The translations under genes were made by a program, and so were the position numbers. From positions 1 to 5,148 of IMG/VR virus record IMGVR_UViG_2693429779_000002: a stretch of DNA of 5,148 bases; one strand, given 5' to 3'. Below, one piece after another: positions 1-5,148 of the stretch. Origin of the DNA: a virus (taxonomy: Duplodnaviria; Heunggongvirae; Uroviricota; Caudoviricetes). The stretch's first letter is position 1. Every line of letters starts with the position of its first letter. Below the pieces are notes generated by a model. That model was not told the DNA's origin, ran no database searches, and was given only the letters and a program-made list of their open reading frames with translations.

Positions 1-1
1 G

Positions 2-109
2 GCGAATTACCGTCTTATATCACTGGCGCTGACATCTCCGGATGACGGGGGCAGCTGTTATCTCTGGCTCAACCGTGGGCAACCACCCGCAGTTAACCGG
101 CGACGATAA
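2..109 (+). CDS. 3' end of a tail attachment / head-tail joining protein (lambda gpFII-like); 5' end lies outside the window
   Basis: Frame-2 translation ends ...SPDDGGSCYLWLNRGQPPAVNRRR* (TAA at 107-109), which matches my recollection of the lambda gpFII C-terminus; it also sits immediately upstream of the Z homolog, as in lambda. Residues upstream of SPDDGG match less well, so the call rests on about 24 C-terminal residues plus synteny. Confidence 0.6.
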   Translation, partial: ANYRLISLALTSPDDGGSCYLWLNRGQPPAVNRRR

Positions 110-113
110 ACGC

Positions 114-117
114 AGGG
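114..117 (+). promoter_or_regulatory. Weak Shine-Dalgarno-like motif (AGGG) for the Z homolog
   Basis: AGGG lies 6 nt upstream of the ATG at 124. Confidence 0.4.
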
Positions 118-123
118 TGAATT

Positions 124-699
124 ATGGCGATAAAAGGGCTTGATCAGGCGATTGACAATCTGAACCGGGTTCGTAAAAACGCCATTCCGGCTGCTTCTGC
201 AATGACCATTAACCGCGTGGCCACAACGGCGATTAATCAGTCTTCGTCACAGGTTGCCCGGGAAACCAGGGTGAGACGGAAACTGGTAAAGGAACGGTCC
301 AGACTGAAACGGGCGACGGTCAGAAATCCGAATGCCAGAATTATCGTTAACCGCGGTGATCTCCCTGTGATTAAGCTGGGGATCAGAATGCTGGGGCGTC
401 GTCCGAACAGCATACTCAAAGCCGGTCAGCATCGTTATCAGCGGGCATTTATCCAGCGATTAAATAATGGGCGCTGGCATGTTATGCAACGTCTTCCCCA
501 GGCCAGATATGAGGAGGGCAATGACGACAAGGGAAGGAAAAAGCGTAATCGCCTTCCCATTCAGGTGGTGAAAATCCCGATGGCGGCCCCACTGAAACAG
601 GCATTTGATGAGAATGTTGACCGTATCCGGCGTGAACGCCTGCCTAAAGAACTGGCATACGCGCTGAAACAACAACTGAGGATTGCGATAAAACGATGA
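124..699 (+). CDS. Z: Minor tail protein Z (lambda gpZ-like, tail completion protein)
   Basis: 191-aa ORF. N-terminus MAIKGLDQAIDNLNR..., INRVA...SQVARET.VRRKLVKER.RLKRATV.NP.ARI.VNRGDLPVIKLG, and C-terminus ...RIRRERLPKEL.YAL...LR..IKR are near-colinear with lambda gpZ (about 192 aa) as I recall it. Position between FII-like and U-like genes fits. Confidence 0.9.
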   Translation: MAIKGLDQAIDNLNRVRKNAIPAASAMTINRVATTAINQSSSQVARETRVRRKLVKERSRLKRATVRNPNARIIVNRGDLPVIKLGIRMLGRRPNSILKAGQHRYQRAFIQRLNNGRWHVMQRLPQARYEEGNDDKGRKKRNRLPIQVVKIPMAAPLKQAFDENVDRIRRERLPKELAYALKQQLRIAIKR

Positions 700-1091
700 A
701 ACACACTGACATTCGTGCCGCAGTGCTGGATGCACTCAAGCAGCATGAACACGGGGCGACGCTGTTTGATGGTCGCCCCGTTGTTTTTGACGAAGAGGAT
801 TTTCCTGCGATCGCGGTTTATCTGACGGATGCAGAGTATACCGGTGAAGAGCTGGATGCAGATACCTGGCGGGCCACACTGCATATTGAGGTGTTTTTAC
901 CGGCACAGGTACCTGATTCGGAGCTCGATCAGTGGATGGAAAGCCGGATTTATCCGGCGATGACTGCGATCCCTGCACTGGCAGGACTGATTACCACGAT
1001 GGTTACGCAGGGCTATGAGTATCGTCGTGATGACGATATGGCGTTATGGAGCTCTGCGGATCTGACTTATTCCATTACATACGAGATGTGA
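696..1091 (+). CDS. U: Tail terminator protein U (lambda gpU-like minor tail protein)
   Basis: 131-aa ORF, the same length as lambda gp[73 protein letters not shown]...[31 protein letters not shown] matches remembered lambda gpU. The start ATG (696-698) overlaps the Z stop TGA (697-699) as ATGA. Confidence 0.92.
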   Translation: MKHTDIRAAVLDALKQHEHGATLFDGRPVVFDEEDFPAIAVYLTDAEYTGEELDADTWRATLHIEVFLPAQVPDSELDQWMESRIYPAMTAIPALAGLITTMVTQGYEYRRDDDMALWSSADLTYSITYEM

Positions 1092-1094
1092 GGA
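1090..1094 (+). promoter_or_regulatory. Shine-Dalgarno motif (GAGGA) for the V homolog
   Basis: GAGGA overlaps the U stop codon and lies 4 nt upstream of the ATG at 1099. Confidence 0.5.
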
Positions 1095-1098
1095 CGAT

Positions 1099-1851
1099 AT
1101 GGCAACACCAAATCCCCTGGAGCCGGTAAAAGGTGCCGGTACCACTCTGTGGGTTTACAACGGCAAGGCTGATGCTTATGCAAACCCGTTGTCAGACGAT
1201 GACTGGCAGCGACTGGCTAAGGTGAAGGATCTGACGCCGGGCGAGATGACGGCTGAATCCTATGATGATAACTACCTGGATGATGAAGACGCGGACTGGA
1301 GCGCGACCGGGCAGGGGCAGAAATCTGCAGGTGATACCAGTTTTACGCTGGCCTGGAAACCGGGAGAGGAAGGCCAGAAAGGGCTTATAGGCTGGTTTGA
1401 AAGCGGCGATGTCCGGGCCTATAAAATCCGTTTTCCGAATGGCACGGTGGATGTGTTTCGTGGCTGGGTCAGCAGTATCGGTAAGGCCGTGACGGCGAAA
1501 GAAGTGATCACCCGCACGGTGAAAGTCACTAACGTGGGTAAACCTTCTGTAGCGGAAGAACGCAGCAAAATTACGCCGGTCAGTGCGATTAAGGTGACGC
1601 CGACATCCGGTACGGTGGCAAAAGGGAAAACAACCACCCTGACGGTTTCTTTTGAGCCGGAAAGTGCAACCGACAAGACGTTCAGAGCGGTTTCCGCCGA
1701 TCCGTCGAAAGCCACCATTAGTGTGAAAGATATGACAATTACGGTAAACGGCGTGGCGACAGGTAAGGTGCAGATCCCTGTGGTGAGCGGAAATGGTCAG
1801 TTCGCCGCAGTGGCTGAAGTCACCGTTACTGAAGCGGGCGCTGCAGGGTAA
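1099..1851 (+). CDS. V: Major tail tube protein V (lambda gpV-like) with a C-terminal Ig-like (Big_2-type) domain
   Basis: 250-aa ORF (lambda gpV is about 246 aa). The N-terminal two-thirds looks like a tail-tube domain (…GAGTTLWVY…, [66 protein letters not shown]…). The C-terminal ~90 aa is T/S/V-rich with alternating beta-strand character ([44 protein letters not shown]…), typical of the Ig-like decoration domain on lambda gpV. Confidence 0.92.
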   Translation: MATPNPLEPVKGAGTTLWVYNGKADAYANPLSDDDWQRLAKVKDLTPGEMTAESYDDNYLDDEDADWSATGQGQKSAGDTSFTLAWKPGEEGQKGLIGWFESGDVRAYKIRFPNGTVDVFRGWVSSIGKAVTAKEVITRTVKVTNVGKPSVAEERSKITPVSAIKVTPTSGTVAKGKTTTLTVSFEPESATDKTFRAVSADPSKATISVKDMTITVNGVATGKVQIPVVSGNGQFAAVAEVTVTEAGAAG

Positions 1852-1853
1852 AC

Positions 1854-1858
1854 GGAGG
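1854..1858 (+). promoter_or_regulatory. Shine-Dalgarno motif (GGAGG) for the G homolog
   Basis: GGAGG lies 6 nt upstream of the ATG at 1865. Confidence 0.6.
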
Positions 1859-1864
1859 TAATAC

Positions 1865-2296
1865 ATGTTTCTGAAAACAGAACAATTTGAATATAACGGT
1901 GTGTCTGTCACGCTTTCCGAATTGTCTGCGCTGCAGCGTATCAAGCATCTTGCCCTCCTGAAACGGCGTGCAGAACAGGCAGAATCCAGCGGCAACCTGC
2001 AGGTAAGCGTGGAAGATCTCGTCAGAACCGGCGCGTTTCTGGTGGCGATGTCCCTGTGGCATAACCATCCACAGAAAACGCAGTCACCGTCAATGAATGA
2101 GGCCGTGATGAAGATAGAGCAGGAAGTGCTCACCACCTGGCCTGCCGATGCCATTGCCCGGGCGGAAGACGTGGTGTTGTGCCTGTCCGGGATGATCGAA
2201 GCTGTTCGTCCGGATACTGATATTACTGAAGTGGCGAAAAATAACACGCTGACTGATGATGATTTTTCTGCGGGAAAGTCTTCGACGGCGAGCTGA
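1865..2296 (+). CDS. G: Tail assembly chaperone G (lambda gpG-like), the zero-frame product
   Basis: 143-aa ORF. MFLKTE.FE.NGV.VTLSELSALQRI.HLAL.KR.AEQAES…VED..RTGAFLVAMSLWHNHPQKTQ.PSMNEAV..IEQEVLTTWP..AI…SAGK.ST.S* is near-identical to remembered lambda gpG. The slippery heptamer sits 6 codons before the stop, as in lambda. Confidence 0.92.
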   Translation: MFLKTEQFEYNGVSVTLSELSALQRIKHLALLKRRAEQAESSGNLQVSVEDLVRTGAFLVAMSLWHNHPQKTQSPSMNEAVMKIEQEVLTTWPADAIARAEDVVLCLSGMIEAVRPDTDITEVAKNNTLTDDDFSAGKSSTAS

Positions 2297-2736
2297 ACTT
2301 TGCCCTCAGACTGGCGCGTGAGATGGGGAGACCCGACTGGCGCGCCATGCTTGCCGGGATGACATCCACCGAATATGCCGACTGGCGCCGTTTTTACCGC
2401 ACGCATTATTTTCAGGATACCCAGCTGGATATGCATTTTTCCGGGCTGACGTACGCTGTACTCAGCCTGTTTTTTTGCGATCCGGATATGCATCCCTCTG
2501 ATTTCAGTCTGCTTGTCCCCCGGCATGAGGAAGAGCAGGTGGAGAGGCCGGATGAGGACAAAATGCTGATGCAGAAAGCGGCAGGACTTGCCGGAGGCGT
2601 CCGGTTCGGTGGGGACGGAGGGCGCGATATTTTATCGTCTGCGGATGTGGCGGATGTCATGGTGGATGATGCCGCATTAATGATGGCTTCAGCGGGGATT
2701 CCGGGAGGTGTGAGATATGTCCCAGCCGGTTGGTGA
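1865..2736 (+). CDS. T: Tail assembly chaperone G-T fusion (lambda gpGT-like), made by -1 frameshift at 2272-2278
   Basis: After a -1 slip on GGGAAAG, translation continues from 2278 in the frame of the listed 2323-2736 ORF: V-F-D-G-E-L-N-F-A-L-R-L-A-R-E-M-G-R-P-D-W-R-A-M-L-A-G-M-T-S-T-E-Y-A-D-W-R-R-F-Y... to the TGA at 2734-2736. This gives a predicted fusion of about 290 aa (138 G-frame codons plus 152 T-frame codons). The T frame has no ATG with a convincing RBS near its open start, consistent with expression only as a fusion. Confidence 0.8.
2272..2278 (+). promoter_or_regulatory. Programmed -1 ribosomal frameshift slippery heptamer G GGA AAG (G to G-T)
   Basis: GGGAAAG at 2272-2278 is phased in the G frame as G.GGA.AAG (codons 2273-2275 Gly, 2276-2278 Lys), the same heptamer and phasing as the lambda G/T shift site. 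The -1 frame is open from here to the TGA at 2734-2736. Confidence 0.85.
2703..2708 (+). promoter_or_regulatory. Shine-Dalgarno motif (GGGAGG) for the H homolog, embedded in the T coding frame
   Basis: GGGAGG lies 8 nt upstream of the ATG at 2717. Confidence 0.6.
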
Positions 2737-5148
2737 TCTTGTTATTGACCTGAGTCTGGATGCTGTCCGTTTCGATGAGCAGATGAGCCGGGTAAGGCGT
2801 CATTTTTCAGGTCTGGATACCGACGCCAGAAAAACCGCCAGTGCTGTTGAACAGGGCCTGAGCCGCCAGGCGCTGGCTGCACAAAAAGCCGGGATTTCCG
2901 TCGGGCAGTATAAAGCGGCCATGCGAACCCTGCCCGCACAGTTTACGGATATCGCCACGCAGCTTGCCGGTGGTCAGAATCCCTGGCTGATCCTGCTGCA
3001 ACAGGGCGGTCAGGTGAAGGACTCCTTCGGCGGGATGATCCCCATGTTCAGGGGGCTTGCCGATGCGATCACCCTGCCGATGGTCGGGGTCACCTCGCTG
3101 GCGGTGGCGACAGGTGCACTGGTGTACGCCTGGTACCAGGGAGATTCCACGCTTTCAGCGTTTAATAAAACCCTGGTTCTTTCCGGTAATCAGTCCGGAC
3201 TGACTGCCGATCGTATGCTGACTCTCTCAAGAGCCGGGCAGGCAGCAGGGCTGACGTTTAACCAGGCGAGAGAGTCACTGGCAGCCCTGGTGAATGCCGG
3301 TGTGCGTGGTGGTGAACAGTTTGATGCCATCAACCAGAGTGTCGCGCGTTTTGCGTCTGCATCCGGTGTGGAGGTGGATAAAGTCGCTGAAGCCTTCGGG
3401 AAGCTGACCACTGACCCGACGTCGGGACTGATGGCGATGGCGCGCCAGTTCCGTAACGTGACGGCAGAGCAGATTGCGTATGTTGCACAGCTGCAGCGTT
3501 CCGGAGACGAGGCCGGGGCATTGCAGGCGGCGAACGATATCGCCACGAAAGGCTTTGATGAGCAGACCCGTCGCCTGAAAGAAAACATGGGAACACTGGA
3601 GACCTGGGCGGATAAAACAGGGAAGGCATTCAAATCGATGTGGGATGCCATTCTGGATATCGGTCGTCCGGAATCCTCAGCGGATATGCTCGCCAGTGCG
3701 CAGAAGGCATTTGATGAGGCGGATAAAAAATGGCAGTGGTACCAGAGTCGGAGCCAGCGCCGCGGTAAAACCTCCTCTTTCCGGGCCAACCTTCAGGGCG
3801 CATGGGATGACCGGGAAAATGCCCGTCTGGGTCTGGCAGCGGCAACGCTGCAGTCGGATATGGAAAAAGCCGGTGAACTGGCGGCAAGGGACAGGGCTGA
3901 GCGTGAGTCGTCACAGCTGAAGTATACCGGAGAGGCGCAGAAGGCGTATGAGCGCCTGCTGACGCCACTGGAGAAATATACCGCCCGGCAGGAAGAGCTG
4001 AATAAGGCCCTGAAAGACGGGAAAATCCTGCAGGCGGATTACAACACGCTGATGGCGTCGGCAAAAAAGGATTATGAGTCGACGCAGAAAAAGCCGTCCG
4101 GTGTGAAGGTGTCTGCCGGTGAGCGCCAGGAAGACCAGGCGCATGCAGCCCTGCTGGCGCTTGAAACTGAGCTCAGGACGCTGGAGAAGCACAGCGGTGC
4201 GAATGAAAAAATCAGCCAGCAGCGCCGTGATTTATGGAAAGCGGAAAATCAGTATGTGGTCCTGAAAGAGGCCGCCACGAAACGGCAGTTATCTGAGCAG
4301 GAAAAATCCCTGCTGGCCCATGAGAAAGAAACGCTGGAGTACAAACGCCAGCTGGCTGAGCTGGGCGACAAGATTGAACACCAGAAACGGCTGAATGAGC
4401 TGGCACAGCAGGCGGCGCGGTTTGAACAGCAGCAGAGCGCGAAGCAGGCGGCAATCAGCGCAAAAGCCCGCGGACTCACCGACCGTCAGGCGCAGCGGGA
4501 GTCGGAAGAGCAGCGCCTTCGTGAGGTGTACGGTGATAATCCGGCTGCGCTGGCGAAGGCCACATCTGCACTGAAGAACACCTGGTCTGCGGAGGAGCAG
4601 CTTCGTGGAAGCTGGATGGCCGGGATGAAGTCCGGCTGGGGCGAGTGGGCGGAAAGTGCGACGGACAGTTTTTCGCAGGTTAAAAACGCGGCCACGCAGA
4701 CCTTTGACGGTATTGCACAGAATATGGCAGCGATGCTGATCGGCAGCGAACAGAACTGGCGTGGTTTCACCCGTTCTGTGCTGTCCATGCTGACAGAGAT
4801 TTTTCTGAAGCAGGCGATGGTGGGGATAGTCGGGAGTATCGGCAGCGCCATTGGCGGTGCTTTCGGTGGTGGTGCGTCTGCCTCCACGGGGACGGCCATT
4901 CAGGCTGCGGCGGCGAACTTCCATTTCGCGACCGGGGGATTTACGGGGACGGGGGGTAAATATGAACCTGCGGGGATTGTTCATCGCGNNNNNNNNNNNN
5001 NNNNNNNNNNNNNNNNNNNNNNNNNNNNNNNNCTTCACGAAGGAGGCGACCAGCCGGATTGGTGTCGGCAATCTGTACCGCCTGATGCGGGGCTATGCGG
5101 AAGGTGGTTATGTCGGCGGTGCCGGAAGTCCGGCGCAGATGCGGCGGG
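2717..5148 (+). CDS. H: Tail tape measure protein H (lambda gpH-like); 3' end beyond the window; interrupted by an N-run at 4989-5032
   Basis: Single open frame from ATG 2717 (in-frame TGA immediately upstream at 2711-2713) to the N-run. Translation MSQPVGDLVIDLSLDAVRFDEQMSRVRRHFSG…QALAAQKAGISVGQYKAAMRTLPAQFTD.ATQLAGGQ.PWLILLQQGGQVKDSFGGMIPMFRGLA…, a long Q/E/K/R/A-rich coiled-coil middle, and a Gly-rich C-terminal part (…IVGSIGSAIGGAFGGGASAS.GTAIQAAAA.FHFATGGFTGTGGKYEPAGIVHR) closely match remembered lambda gpH. After the gap, …FTKEATSRIGVGNLYRLMRGYAEGGYVGG… continues the match but in a different phase (see findings). The start overlaps the T stop by 20 nt. Confidence 0.9.
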   Translation, partial: MSQPVGDLVIDLSLDAVRFDEQMSRVRRHFSGLDTDARKTASAVEQGLSRQALAAQKAGISVGQYKAAMRTLPAQFTDIATQLAGGQNPWLILLQQGGQVKDSFGGMIPMFRGLADAITLPMVGVTSLAVATGALVYAWYQGDSTLSAFNKTLVLSGNQSGLTADRMLTLSRAGQAAGLTFNQARESLAALVNAGVRGGEQFDAINQSVARFASASGVEVDKVAEAFGKLTTDPTSGLMAMARQFRNVTAEQIAYVAQLQRSGDEAGALQAANDIATKGFDEQTRRLKENMGTLETWADKTGKAFKSMWDAILDIGRPESSADMLASAQKAFDEADKKWQWYQSRSQRRGKTSSFRANLQGAWDDRENARLGLAAATLQSDMEKAGELAARDRAERESSQLKYTGEAQKAYERLLTPLEKYTARQEELNKALKDGKILQADYNTLMASAKKDYESTQKKPSGVKVSAGERQEDQAHAALLALETELRTLEKHSGANEKISQQRRDLWKAENQYVVLKEAATKRQLSEQEKSLLAHEKETLEYKRQLAELGDKIEHQKRLNELAQQAARFEQQQSAKQAAISAKARGLTDRQAQRESEEQRLREVYGDNPAALAKATSALKNTWSAEEQLRGSWMAGMKSGWGEWAESATDSFSQVKNAATQTFDGIAQNMAAMLIGSEQNWRGFTRSVLSMLTEIFLKQAMVGIVGSIGSAIGGAFGGGASASTGTAIQAAAANFHFATGGFTGTGGKYEPAGIVHRXXXXXXXXXXXXXXXLHEGGDQPDWCRQSVPPDAGLCGRWLCRRCRKSGADAA
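4989..5032. other. Run of 44 ambiguous bases (N): assembly gap or masked sequence inside the H gene
   Basis: 44 consecutive n characters, directly visible. Flanks are both H coding sequence. Confidence 0.97.

Noticed and set aside
237-978. Minus-strand ORFs overlapping the Z and U genes (237-419, 247-432, 460-735, 561-884, 736-978)
   Set aside because: They are antisense to the strongly supported Z and U genes, short, mutually overlapping, and of atypical composition.
1192-2526. 444-aa minus-strand ORF spanning the V, G and T genes
   Set aside because: It lies entirely antisense to three plus-strand genes with strong lambda homology. Its translation is Arg/Cys/His-rich and low-complexity (e.g. 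[32 protein letters not shown]…), typical of the reverse complement of a coding strand, and it has no recognisable domain or RBS context.
2323-2736. Independent 137-aa ORF starting at ATG 2323, as a stand-alone T gene
   Set aside because: The open frame extends upstream of this ATG back to the slippery site, there is no convincing SD before 2323, and in lambda T is expressed only as the G-T frameshift fusion. I annotated it as part of the fusion instead.
3645-3920. 91-aa plus-strand ORF in an alternative frame inside H
   Set aside because: It is fully embedded in H in a different frame, with Arg/Trp-rich composition, no SD motif and no resemblance to any protein I recognise. I checked whether it could represent a local frameshift relative to lambda H, but the main H frame retains recognisable motifs (WDDRE.ARL) through this region.
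3190-4479. Several minus-strand ORFs inside the H region (3190-3789, 3330-3629, 3630-4064, 3911-4192, 4212-4454, 4249-4479)
   Set aside because: All are antisense to the continuous, well-supported H coding frame, overlap each other in different frames, and have Pro/Ser/Arg/Cys-rich compositions characteristic of non-coding antisense frames.
3900-4500. Apparent repetitiveness (recurring CAGCAG, GAGCTG and CTGGAG motifs) that might suggest a tandem DNA repeat
   Set aside because: It reflects the Gln/Glu/Leu/Lys/Ala-rich coiled-coil coding of the tape measure middle region. I found no exact tandem unit or direct repeat with spacers, so it is not a CRISPR array or repeat array.
4289-5071. 260-aa minus-strand ORF containing a run of X residues
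   Set aside because: It is antisense to the H tape measure gene and runs through the N-run, so part of the ORF is undefined sequence. The composition is Arg/Leu/Cys-rich and artefactual.

Overview
This window is a contiguous, same-strand (+) block of lambda-like (lambdoid siphovirus) tail morphogenesis genes in the canonical order FII (3' end) - Z - U - V - G - G/T (programmed -1 frameshift) - H (tape measure, truncated at the window end). Calls rest on reading the supplied ORF translations against remembered phage lambda proteins; no searches were run. Gene junctions are tightly packed, with Shine-Dalgarno motifs, an ATGA stop/start overlap (Z/U) and a 20-nt T/H overlap. A 44-nt run of N (4989-5032) interrupts H and does not preserve its reading frame. 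All minus-strand ORFs in the track look like antisense artefacts of the plus-strand genes. I see no defence system, CRISPR array, RNA gene, mobile element or cargo gene, and no evidence of a novel system; the region looks like an ordinary, probably intact, prophage or phage tail module. The findings are modest: the G-T frameshift site, the gap in H, the Ig-like C-terminal domain on V, and a divergent central segment of H.
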